Of a DNA stretch of 33,889 nt, positions 17,820 through 25,940 are shown one piece after another (position 1 is the first letter of the stretch; each line of letters opens with the position of its first letter). The DNA is from Spirochaetales bacterium (GTDB lineage: Bacteria; Spirochaetota; Spirochaetia; Treponematales; UBA12059). The notes under the pieces were generated by a model. That model was not told the DNA's origin and did not search any database. It was given only the letters and a program-made list of their open reading frames with translations. Made by a program: the position numbers and the translations under genes. The DNA is taken from contig JAFGJV010000024.1 of the NCBI GenBank assembly GCA_016928955.1, positions 1-33,889 of the forward strand. The letters are read 5' to 3'.

Positions 17820-17845
17820 GCAACCAATCCCGGGTGGCGTTGTCT
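17820..17845 (+). promoter_or_regulatory. ECF sigma-type (autoregulatory) promoter
   Basis: GCAACC-N16-GTCT upstream of an operon that encodes an ECF sigma factor. Confidence 0.6.
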
Positions 17846-17895
17846 GTACTAGGGAGAGCCCGCGTGGGCGACAATTTTTTTTTGCTGGAGCCGAC

Positions 17896-18234
17896 ATGCG
17901 CGAGTTGTCAGTAGCGTCCCAGGTCATCGTGTCCGTCATACCCATTGTTGGCATCGTGATGGGCAGCGTCGTCATCTTTTTCTACATCCTGTGGGGTCAT
18001 CGCGAACGCACGCTGATGATCAACCGCGACCTCTACCACCCCACGCCGCTGGATCTGGACACCTTCAGCCTTCTGGCGGGCATCCTGCTGTCCGCCGTGG
18101 GCCTGACCCTGAGTGTCGTCTTTGTGGCCATTGGCGGCTTCAGTTACAGTCTGCTCGGGGGGCTGATCCCGCTGTCCATAGGCATCGGGCTCCTGTCGTT
18201 CTTTGGCATCCGGTCGCGTAGCCGTGGAGCATGA
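17896..18234 (+). CDS. Small membrane protein with about three TM helices, encoded upstream of the ECF sigma factor
   Basis: Three hydrophobic segments. Start is the ATG at 17896 behind GGAG. ATGA overlap with the sigma gene. Confidence 0.75.
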   Translation: MRELSVASQVIVSVIPIVGIVMGSVVIFFYILWGHRERTLMINRDLYHPTPLDLDTFSLLAGILLSAVGLTLSVVFVAIGGFSYSLLGGLIPLSIGIGLLSFFGIRSRSRGA

Positions 18235-18785
18235 GCGGGTCACTCGATGAGGCGACCGACGAGGAAGTGATATCCCGGGTCCTGGAAGGGGACCGGGACG
18301 CGTTTGGCATCCTGGTTGGCCGCTACCAGCGCAGGCTCTTGAGACTGGGCTACGGCTTCTTCAAGGATGCCGACGCGGCGGAGGATTTTGCCCAGGACGT
18401 GCTGGTAAAGGCGTACGTGGGCTTGTCCGGCTTCAGGGGAAAGTCCCGATTTTCCACCTGGCTGACCCGCATAGCCTATAACGCCGGCATAAACGCAAAG
18501 CGTCGGTCGGGGCGCTACGAGCCCCTGGAATCGGAGCCCGAGGACCTGAAAAACCTGTCTCCTGAGGACGAGCACCTGCGCAACGAGACGGCCGCCGCCC
18601 TGAAGACGGCCATGGCGGCGTTGCCTGAAAAATACGCCGTGTGTCTGGATCTGTACTTCAAGGAGGGCATGAAGTACCAGGATATTAGCGAAGCGACGGG
18701 CTTTCCCGTGAACACGATCAAATCCCACGTGTTCAGGGCCAAGCGCGACCTGCGTAGGGCCATAGGCCTGGAGGACGAAGCATGA
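18231..18785 (+). CDS. ECF RNA polymerase sigma factor (SigW/RpoE-like)
   Basis: Region 2 (AEDFAQDVLVKAY, FSTWLTRIAYN) and region 4 (MKYQDISEATGFPVNTIKSHVFRAK). Confidence 0.95.
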   Translation: MSGSLDEATDEEVISRVLEGDRDAFGILVGRYQRRLLRLGYGFFKDADAAEDFAQDVLVKAYVGLSGFRGKSRFSTWLTRIAYNAGINAKRRSGRYEPLESEPEDLKNLSPEDEHLRNETAAALKTAMAALPEKYAVCLDLYFKEGMKYQDISEATGFPVNTIKSHVFRAKRDLRRAIGLEDEA

Positions 18786-19231
18786 CCTGCGACAGATTCA
18801 AGCGTTTGCTGGACGCGCTCGAGGGAGCCGAACTCTCCGGGGACATGGCCGAGCACGCAGACGTGTGTCCCGAGTGCGCCCGGGCAGCCGCCGCTCTCAA
18901 GGCAGCCCTGTTGCTGTACCGCCTGCCCGAGCTTGCGTCGTCCGTGGACCTGACCCCGCGTGTATTGGCCCTTATCCCCTTTATCCCTGCGCCCCGGCGC
19001 ATCGTGTCGCTGCGCGACTGGATTGTGTCCGGCTTTGTGATACTCGGAGGCATGGTGCTCCTGCCGCTCATGGCCACGTTCGGCGCCCTGCGCGACGCGT
19101 ATGGAACCCGTTTCACCCTGCCGCTGGCCATCGTGCTCGGCCTGGTGATCACCACCTACGCAGGCGTGTTCGTATCCAGCCACCAGGACGAGCTTGCGCG
19201 GCTCGTGAAGAGCAGGCCGGGGCACGCCTGA
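18782..19231 (+). CDS. Zinc-binding (ZAS) transmembrane anti-sigma factor
   Basis: N-terminal Cys plus HADVCPEC (HxxxCxxC) and two C-terminal TM helices. ATGA overlap with the sigma gene. Confidence 0.85.
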   Translation: MTCDRFKRLLDALEGAELSGDMAEHADVCPECARAAAALKAALLLYRLPELASSVDLTPRVLALIPFIPAPRRIVSLRDWIVSGFVILGGMVLLPLMATFGALRDAYGTRFTLPLAIVLGLVITTYAGVFVSSHQDELARLVKSRPGHA

Positions 19232-19251
19232 CGCGCTCGCTTGTCAGAGAT

Positions 19252-19284
19252 AAAAAGAGCGGGACCGCATAGGCCCCGCTCTTT
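19252..19284. terminator. Bidirectional terminator between the anti-sigma gene and hsp20
   Basis: AAAGAGCGGG...CCCGCTCTTT with A and T tails, between convergent genes. Confidence 0.7.
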
Positions 19285-19310
19285 CATTGCTTGTTTGAGA
19301 CAGGGAGGTC

Positions 19311-19327
19311 CAAAACCTTAGGTTTTG
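19311..19327. repeat. Short REP-like palindrome CAAAACC-tta-GGTTTTG
   Basis: Same CAAAACC/GGTTTTG arms as the palindrome at 6214-6241. Confidence 0.5.
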
Positions 19328-19352
19328 TAACTCACCCGGTCTCCGGAAAAAT

Positions 19353-19874
19353 CTAGTCGCCTTCCTTGACAATCTCGATTTTGACGCCTTCAGGCGCGTC
19401 CTGTTCGGCCTTGGGCGGGATGGTCACGCGCAGAATGCCGTTCTTGAAGGACGCTTTGACCTCGGACTGGCTGAACTTGTCGGCAGGCACGTAATACTTC
19501 TGGCGCTCGATATCCTTCAGCTTGAGCCTGCGCTTGAAGTACCGCACGCCTTCTTCCGACACGTTTTCAAAGTCTATCCGGGCCGCGAACACCATGTAAT
19601 CGCCCTGGAAGGTCAGGCTGATATCCTTTTCGTCGAATCCCGCCAGGGCGAACTCGAACACCATGGACCGATCCGCCGTCATGAAGATGTTCATGGGAGG
19701 GTAGGAATAGGTCGGGTACCAGTCGGCGTTGTCGTCCTGCTCCGGGTGGAACCAGGGGCCGTGCGGCCGCCCAGGCCCAAAGCTGTCCCTGACCTGGTCG
19801 CCAATTTCCTTGGCCGCGTCGAAAATCTCGTCCAGCATGGATCCTATGTCCACGTACATGCGGTTGCCTTTCAT
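19353..19874 (-). CDS. Hsp20/alpha-crystallin small heat-shock protein
   Basis: YPPMNI, FEFALAGFDEKDI and VKASFKNGILRVTIPPK. Confidence 0.93.
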   Translation of the reverse strand: MKGNRMYVDIGSMLDEIFDAAKEIGDQVRDSFGPGRPHGPWFHPEQDDNADWYPTYSYPPMNIFMTADRSMVFEFALAGFDEKDISLTFQGDYMVFAARIDFENVSEEGVRYFKRRLKLKDIERQKYYVPADKFSQSEVKASFKNGILRVTIPPKAEQDAPEGVKIEIVKEGD

Positions 19875-19985
19875 GGTTTCCCCCTTGAAAAGGCGTTTTG
19901 TTGTCCCTCCATACGGAGCGGACGCCGGCGGATCGATATGGCATCCGCCTTTTTTCGGCTTCCAATATCGGAAACCGTTAATATT

Positions 19986-20014
19986 ATAGTACGCACATTC
20001 AGCTACAAAAGCAA
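19986..20014 (-). promoter_or_regulatory. Sigma70-type promoter of hsp20
   Basis: TTGCTT-N17-TACTAT, with an overlapping TATAAT at 19983-19988. Confidence 0.55.
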
Positions 20015-20070
20015 GGACAGTCCGGGTCCATTGATGAGTCTGCGCCCCAGCCTGACATGGTCTCTACGAT

Positions 20071-20097
20071 AAAAAAAGCCGCCCCGTTCGGGGCGGC
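20071..20097 (-). terminator. Intrinsic terminator of the nucleotidase gene
   Basis: GCCGCCCC-gttc-GGGGCGGC followed by seven U residues on the minus strand. Confidence 0.88.
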
Positions 20098-20117
20098 AAA
20101 ACTGCGGGAAGCCAGGT

Positions 20118-21995
20118 TTACTTGGACACCCCGTAGATCATGGGGTAGTCCTTGACGCGGCCCTTAGCGGCCCAGTCCTCGGGAACCACCTTCCAGTTGT
20201 CGTCGCGGACCGGCGTAATGACGCCGGTCTGCTTCTCGAACCACTTGAGCATGTAATAGCGGAGGTCCTTGGTGGTGCTGGACGTGACCAGCTCCAGGTT
20301 CTTCAGGGCATCGGCATCCAGGCCCACGCCGCGGGTCAGGTGATAGCCGCCGCCGGAGCCGCGGTACGAGTTGATGGCCACCGAGTACGTCTTGGCCATG
20401 TCAAAGGGCGTGCCGTCGGCCATGGACAGGATGGTCACGCGGGAACCGGCGGGCTTGGACACGTCCACGATGTACTTGATGCCGGCCACACTGTCGTAGT
20501 TGTAGGGGCGCACGGTGGTGTCGTAGCTGTTGTAGCGGGCGTTGAATACCGGCTTGCCGTCTTTGTCCTTGGCGAAGGATATCAGGTTGTCGTCCGGCCC
20601 CTTCATCTGGTTGAACTGGTTGCCGTAGTTGTATTCCATGAATTTCTTGATCTGCTCGCCGGTCAGGTCCATGGTGTACAGGAAGTTTTCGTACTTGTAC
20701 AGGCTGAACATGTCGCGGACCTTGATGGTGCCGTCCGTGGTGGTGGGCAGGTACGCGTTCTGGTCCAGGGGCGCGGCAAAGGATATCTGGGCGGGTTTCA
20801 GGCCCATGGCCGGATCGTTGGTGATCTCCAGCTGTATCCTGTGGATTAGGTCGACAAAGGCGCTGTCGCCGAACAACGCGTCGTCCGAATGCATCTTGCC
20901 TTCCATCTTGCCAAGGGGTCGTTCCACCCAGGCCAGGAGTTCGGCTTTGTACGGCTCGAATTTCGCCATGAAGGTGGGATCTTCAGGGACGCCCTTCATG
21001 GGGACGAGCTCGCCGCTTATGTCCTTGTCCCAGGACTTGGTTTCCGTGTTCCAGCGCAGGGTCACGTCAACCACGGCTATGTTCTGGGCCCCGGCGTTGG
21101 CGCCGTATATCGGAACGATCTTGCCGTTCGGGTCCTTGACGTCCACGGTCTTGGTCTTGGCCACTGCGTCCCAGCCCGGACCGGACCAGCCCTGGTGGTC
21201 ATGACCCACAAAGATCATGTCAAAGCCGGCCACGCGCTCGGCCACCAGCTGGCTGGCGCTCTCGTTGCCGGGTGTGTCGGCGGTGGCGCCGCCGTAGGTC
21301 CAGTCCACGCCGGCGTGGAAGAGGCCTACCAGGAGATCGGGCTTCTCTTTGCTCTGGATGATCGGCACCCACTTTTTGGCTGTCTCGATCATGTCCAGCA
21401 CGTCCATGCCGGACCAGAACGCGTAGGGCAGCTGGTGGGTTATGCCGGGTTCGGTCAGGCCCAGGATGGCGATCTTGACACCCTGGCGGGTGATGATGGC
21501 GTAGGGCGGGAAGTAGGGCTCGCCCGTGTCCTCACGCACCACGTTGGCGCAGATGAAGGGCATGTTCAGCTCTTTGACCAGCTTGTCGTACACGGGATGG
21601 CCGGCCTCTATGTCGTGGTTGCCCACGGTGGCCACGTCGTAGTCCAGGAAGTTCAGCACCTCGGACCAGATGTGCGGAACATCGGTCTTCTCAAAGTTGT
21701 AGTAGTAGACGGTCGGCTGGCCCTGGAGGACGTCGCCGTCATCCATCAGTATGACCTCGCCCTCGGCCCGCTTCTGGGCCACAACGGTGGCAACCTGGGC
21801 CATGGATGTTGTCAACGGTTTCCCGGTAATGAAATCATACGGGAAAATGGCGCCGTGGATGTCCGTGGTCTCTATGAAGGTGAGCTTGAGCGGCGTTTCC
21901 GCGAATTTTTCAAATGGATGGGCGCAGGAGGCGAAGGCGACAATAATGAGCGCCGACGCCAGGATGGCATACGCCCCGCGAATAAACTTTCGCAT
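20118..21995 (-). CDS. 2',3'-cyclic-nucleotide 2'-phosphodiesterase / 5'-nucleotidase family lipoprotein (CpdB-like)
   Basis: Lipobox FASC, metallophosphoesterase motifs TTDIHG, DDGDVLQG, GNHD and GHDH, and a 5'-nucleotidase C-terminal domain (YKYENFL, NSYRGSGGG). Confidence 0.9.
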   Translation of the reverse strand: MRKFIRGAYAILASALIIVAFASCAHPFEKFAETPLKLTFIETTDIHGAIFPYDFITGKPLTTSMAQVATVVAQKRAEGEVILMDDGDVLQGQPTVYYYNFEKTDVPHIWSEVLNFLDYDVATVGNHDIEAGHPVYDKLVKELNMPFICANVVREDTGEPYFPPYAIITRQGVKIAILGLTEPGITHQLPYAFWSGMDVLDMIETAKKWVPIIQSKEKPDLLVGLFHAGVDWTYGGATADTPGNESASQLVAERVAGFDMIFVGHDHQGWSGPGWDAVAKTKTVDVKDPNGKIVPIYGANAGAQNIAVVDVTLRWNTETKSWDKDISGELVPMKGVPEDPTFMAKFEPYKAELLAWVERPLGKMEGKMHSDDALFGDSAFVDLIHRIQLEITNDPAMGLKPAQISFAAPLDQNAYLPTTTDGTIKVRDMFSLYKYENFLYTMDLTGEQIKKFMEYNYGNQFNQMKGPDDNLISFAKDKDGKPVFNARYNSYDTTVRPYNYDSVAGIKYIVDVSKPAGSRVTILSMADGTPFDMAKTYSVAINSYRGSGGGYHLTRGVGLDADALKNLELVTSSTTKDLRYYMLKWFEKQTGVITPVRDDNWKVVPEDWAAKGRVKDYPMIYGVSK

Positions 21996-22119
21996 GGGAT
22001 CCTCCAGATACGTGATGTGGATCGGCCAAGGCCGGCCCTTCCGTGGTAGCGGAAGGGAACTAAGTATATATCATCCGTGGGCCGGGGGGAAGGAAAAAAA
22101 GCGTAAAAGGAGCCCGAAC

Positions 22120-23544
22120 TCAGGTTTGTCGGGAGGCTCCTACCCAAGCGTTGATGGCGTCGGCCACGGCCTGCCGCTCGCGCGTGGACAGGGATCGGCC
22201 AAAGGTGACGGGCGACGATCCAAGGTCCACGGATAGCACTGAGTCAGTTTGCGGCTGCCTGCCCGCCCTGCCCGACGCCAGGTGGCAGGTCCCCAGGTCG
22301 GATAGTTCGCCCGAGCGGACTTTGACGACCACGTTGAACAGGTGTTCCTTGTACATATACCCGTTGGAGCGGTCCAGGACGAGTTCCACGGACCCGAGCT
22401 GGTCCTTGAGGGATTTCATGATTGTGGTTACGCCGGTTACCCAGAAGGGTATGGAAAACAGCGGGAAGAAGAACGGGGCCCTCATGCGCAGGGCCATGAA
22501 GGTCCAAAACGCGGTGAATGCCGTGAAGAAGAGCCCGAATCCCAGCCCTGCCAGGAGCTGGGGATTGAGCGGCGAGCCGGGCGGTATCCTCAGCGAAAAC
22601 GAGTCTCTGTCGCTCAGCATGGCCACGCGACTGGAGGACGGAAGGGTGGTTTTTGGTCTAGGCTCCCAGGCTACCTGCTGGTCCCGGCCTGACGCGGCGG
22701 CCGCCGGTATGCCATGGTCTGTCCGGGGTACCGGTAGGCCATGCCTCAGTATGGCTGCGGCCTCCTCCGGTGGCAGGGTGCGCAGGTCTTCATCCGGCTC
22801 CAGGTAGATACCAAGTACATGGGCAAGCCGCGGGGACAGCTCGACCAGGGCTCCTGGATCGGGTTTGAGGCCCTTCCGTGGCAGGTCGGAGGGGTGTACG
22901 CGGGTGAGGAGCTGGGCTGCCGTGGCCGCGGCGGCGTACAGGTCCGAGCGGACGCTGGCCCGTCCCGAAACCTGCTCCAGGGGCGCGTAGCCGGCCGAGC
23001 CGACCATGGTGGTCGTGTCGCGGTAGGCCAGCCGAACCGCGTCCTGGACGCCTGAAAAGTCCACCAGGGCTATGGAGCCGTCCGGCCTCAGGATGATGTT
23101 CTTGGGATTTATGTCCCGGTGGATCAGGGGCGGACGCAGGGAGTGAAGGTAGGCCAGGATGTCCAGGAGTTCGGCCAGCATGCGCTCTATGTCCGCTTCA
23201 GTCCAGCGCCGGCCAGCTTCCAGTTCCCTGGCCAGGCTGGTGCCAGGCACGCGTTCCATGACCAGGACCAGATACTGGCGCCTGTCGTCCTGCCAGCGGA
23301 ACGAGTCGACATAGCGCGGTATGGCCGGGTGTCTGACGGCCTTGAGGGCGGCAACCTCGCGCTCGAACAGGTCAAAGCTTTTCCAGTCGGGAAGGTCCCC
23401 GAGCGAAAGGGCCTTGACCACCAGCTCTGCTTGCCCGGTCGCCTGCGCGGACCCGTCCCTGGCAGTCCAGGTTTCCGCCCAGGGGCCCTGGCCCAGGCGT
23501 TCCAGCAGCTCATATCGACCGTTGAGAACCAGGGCGGCTTCCAT
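22120..23544 (-). CDS. Membrane-anchored Hanks-type Ser/Thr protein kinase
   Basis: [30 protein letters not shown] and SDLY, followed by two TM helices and a C-terminal soluble domain. Confidence 0.9.
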   Translation of the reverse strand: MEAALVLNGRYELLERLGQGPWAETWTARDGSAQATGQAELVVKALSLGDLPDWKSFDLFEREVAALKAVRHPAIPRYVDSFRWQDDRRQYLVLVMERVPGTSLARELEAGRRWTEADIERMLAELLDILAYLHSLRPPLIHRDINPKNIILRPDGSIALVDFSGVQDAVRLAYRDTTTMVGSAGYAPLEQVSGRASVRSDLYAAAATAAQLLTRVHPSDLPRKGLKPDPGALVELSPRLAHVLGIYLEPDEDLRTLPPEEAAAILRHGLPVPRTDHGIPAAAASGRDQQVAWEPRPKTTLPSSSRVAMLSDRDSFSLRIPPGSPLNPQLLAGLGFGLFFTAFTAFWTFMALRMRAPFFFPLFSIPFWVTGVTTIMKSLKDQLGSVELVLDRSNGYMYKEHLFNVVVKVRSGELSDLGTCHLASGRAGRQPQTDSVLSVDLGSSPVTFGRSLSTRERQAVADAINAWVGASRQT

Positions 23545-24096
23545 TCAGTGTCCTTTACCGGGTCCTAGCTTGTGTGCACGTTCCGCGGCCCGGTCCCTGG
23601 ACGCCAGGGTACCGGCATCCGTGTCTCCTACGGCCATCAGCTCTTCGTACGTGTCACGGAGATTGAACCACGCGTCATAGTAGTCGTCTTTTGCCGAGAC
23701 GGCAGCCTCGAACAGTTCCCTGGCGCGGGCATAGCGCGCGGCCTGGAACATGAGCACGCCCAGGTTGTTCAGCGCCTCGGCGTGGGCGGGGTCTAGCTCA
23801 AGCGCCCGTTCGTATGAGCGGCGGGCCTGGTCGCTCTTGCCCAGCTCGAACCAGGCCAGGCCCAGGTTGCACAGCAGGTCTGGGGCCTCGGTTCCCAGCC
23901 GTAGGGCTTCCAGGAACAGGTTCTTGGCGTCCAGCGGCCTGCCGTCTTTCAGGCAGGCCAGGCCCTGGTTGAAAGCCAGGTCGGGCGACGCGGGATCCAG
24001 CTGGCGGGCGTTCTTGAAGTTTTCCTCCGCCTCATCCCACCGGCCTTCCGCCGCCAAGGCCTCACCCCGGCGCGCGTACTCCTCCGCGGTGGGCAT
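23545..24096 (-). CDS. Tetratricopeptide repeat protein
   Basis: Four to five TPR-like units, for example LLCNLGLAWFELG..ARRSYERALELDP and ALNNLGVLMF. Confidence 0.9.
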   Translation of the reverse strand: MPTAEEYARRGEALAAEGRWDEAEENFKNARQLDPASPDLAFNQGLACLKDGRPLDAKNLFLEALRLGTEAPDLLCNLGLAWFELGKSDQARRSYERALELDPAHAEALNNLGVLMFQAARYARARELFEAAVSAKDDYYDAWFNLRDTYEELMAVGDTDAGTLASRDRAAERAHKLGPGKGH

Positions 24097-24099
24097 TTC

Positions 24100-24636
24100 T
24101 CAGCTTAGGCCAAGAAGGCCGGGCAGATAGGTACCCGCCAAAATCAGGGCAACGGCGGGCAAAAGCACCAGGACCAGCACGTCCACCGGCCACCTGGCTT
24201 TTTTGGCACCTGACAGGGCATTGGCCAGGAAAATGACCACAACGCCTGTCACAAAGCTGATGACGGGATAGGACAGGAAGCTGACGCTCATGGCCGGCTC
24301 CCTGAGCCAGGCCATGAAGCCTATGTCGAGAGACAGCGAAAAATACACAAAACTCACCAGGTAGCCCAAGAGGATGGGCGTGTAGCGCTGGTCGCTGCCG
24401 AAAAACACCCGCAGGAACAGCAAGGCGTAAAAATACACCACCAAGGCCACGGGCGACCCGAACGAACCCAGCGACTGGCTCAGAAAGTCCTGCAGCTGGG
24501 GCAGGCCGAGCATTTTGAGGACGGGCGGCGCCAGCAGAATGAAGGCCAGCCAGCCTATAACGTTGAAAATTTTCTGACGGATCCCGCCGGCCTGGCGCGC
24601 CGCCGGGAGGTCCCGCCCCTGGATTTGGTCGCTCAT
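24100..24636 (-). CDS. Hypothetical integral membrane protein (about five TM helices)
   Basis: Strongly hydrophobic ORF. Start is the ATG at 24636 behind GAGGAG. Ends 3 bp before the TPR gene. Confidence 0.8.
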   Translation of the reverse strand: MSDQIQGRDLPAARQAGGIRQKIFNVIGWLAFILLAPPVLKMLGLPQLQDFLSQSLGSFGSPVALVVYFYALLFLRVFFGSDQRYTPILLGYLVSFVYFSLSLDIGFMAWLREPAMSVSFLSYPVISFVTGVVVIFLANALSGAKKARWPVDVLVLVLLPAVALILAGTYLPGLLGLS

Positions 24637-24691
24637 CAACTTCTCCTCATGGGAACACGTGAATGCGCGTAGGGATAGCCTGGCTAGGACC

Positions 24692-25465
24692 CTACGAATT
24701 TCCTTGTATCATATGCGGCCGGTTTGAAATAACCCCGTCGCAGCCAAGCGCCAGAACCCTGCCGGCTTCGTCCGCGTCGTCCACGGTCCAGGTCAGGACG
24801 GGACGCCCGCCAAACGCGCGCTTGAGGGACATGCCAGCCCGGCGTACCATGACATGCTCCGGTTTGAGAAAGTCCGACGACGACAGCCAGCGGCCCTCTC
24901 CCTTGCGCAGATACCAGGGCAGTTCCGGCGACGAGCAGTACAAGGTGCCCGTTGGTATGGCCGGCGCCAGGCTTTTGAGGCGCTTAAGCGCTATGGGGTT
25001 GAACGACGATACCGCCACGCAGTCGGCGCCCAGGCCCATGCTGGCAAGCAATGTGGCCAGGGCGGCCTCCAGTCCTATGTCGGCTGCCTTTGGAGCCTTT
25101 ATTTCTATATCAACATACATGGCCGGGGTAAATTCCTCCAGCACGTCTGACAAAAGAGGCGGGCGTTCCCCCGCGTAGCGCTTGTCCTTCCAGGAGCCCA
25201 CGTCCACGGCGGCAATGTCTTTCCATTGACTGGCCTCTATATGGACGTTGGTACCCGGCGCTACCCGGGCCGTGTTCCCGTCGTGGATGACGACGATCTT
25301 GCCGTCCGCGCTCAGGTGGATGTCCAGCTCTATGCCCGGTATGCCGTGGTCGCGCGCCAGGCGGAAGGCAGCCATGGTGTTCTCGGGAGCCTCTGACGAC
25401 AGGCCCCGGTGGGCAAACCACAGGGGCCGCGGCCGGTCCGGATAGAGAGGCAGTCGCTTTGCCAC
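24692..25465 (-). CDS. Glycerophosphodiester phosphodiesterase (GDPD, GlpQ/UgpQ family)
   Basis: AHRGLS, PENTMAAF, IELDIH, IHD, IEIK, SSFN, TWTVDD and DGVISNRP. Start reassigned to the GTG at 25465 behind GGAGG. Confidence 0.92.
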   Translation of the reverse strand: MAKRLPLYPDRPRPLWFAHRGLSSEAPENTMAAFRLARDHGIPGIELDIHLSADGKIVVIHDGNTARVAPGTNVHIEASQWKDIAAVDVGSWKDKRYAGERPPLLSDVLEEFTPAMYVDIEIKAPKAADIGLEAALATLLASMGLGADCVAVSSFNPIALKRLKSLAPAIPTGTLYCSSPELPWYLRKGEGRWLSSSDFLKPEHVMVRRAGMSLKRAFGGRPVLTWTVDDADEAGRVLALGCDGVISNRPHMIQGNS

Positions 25466-25467
25466 GG

Positions 25468-25935
25468 TCAGGCCTCCGGGTTGCCGCCGCCCAGCTTGCG
25501 CTTGAGGGCGGCCAGTTCGTCGTCGGCTCCAAGAGACGCCAGGCCCTGGTTGACCGAGGCCGACGTGTCGCCAAGCGCCTCGCCCGTGGCTACCTGGAGC
25601 TCGGCCAGGAGGAGGTCCACGTCGACCGAGCGCTCCTGGGCTCTCAGGATGGGCAATTGCTCCTTCATGCGGGCGATTTTGGCGATCAGGCTGTCCTTTT
25701 CTCCCGACAGTGCTGTCCTTCGCGCGGCCAGTTCGGCCACCTTGGCGCGGGCGCCTGCTTCCAGGTCGCTTGCTCCCTTGCTGGCGGCCAGCTCGACGCG
25801 CTTGTTCCACAGGGCCAGTTCCTCGTCCAGCGCGGCCAGGTCACGCTCGGTGGTCTTGAGCGTGGTCAGGAATTCCAGCACGTAGGCGCGCGCGTCGGAT
25901 ACGGATAGTCCCCGGAGGTCGGTATCGTCGCTCAT
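25468..25935 (-). CDS. PspA/IM30-like coiled-coil protein with a shortened N-terminus
   Basis: All-helical coiled coil with LALWNKRVELAASKGASDL and C-terminal ADDELAALKRKL, both resembling PspA/Vipp1 segments. Alternative start is the GTG at 25944, overlapping the upstream stop. Confidence 0.65.
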   Translation of the reverse strand: MSDDTDLRGLSVSDARAYVLEFLTTLKTTERDLAALDEELALWNKRVELAASKGASDLEAGARAKVAELAARRTALSGEKDSLIAKIARMKEQLPILRAQERSVDVDLLLAELQVATGEALGDTSASVNQGLASLGADDELAALKRKLGGGNPEA

Positions 25936-25940
25936 GGCCG

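Noticed and set aside
19875..20070. CIRCE/HrcA operator upstream of hsp20
   Set aside because: No TTAGCACTC-N9-GAGTGCTAA match was seen.
25466..25810. N-terminal extension of the GDPD ORF
   Set aside because: It overlaps the PspA-like gene in another frame and is low-complexity and Arg/Gly-rich. The SD sequence supports the GTG at 25465.
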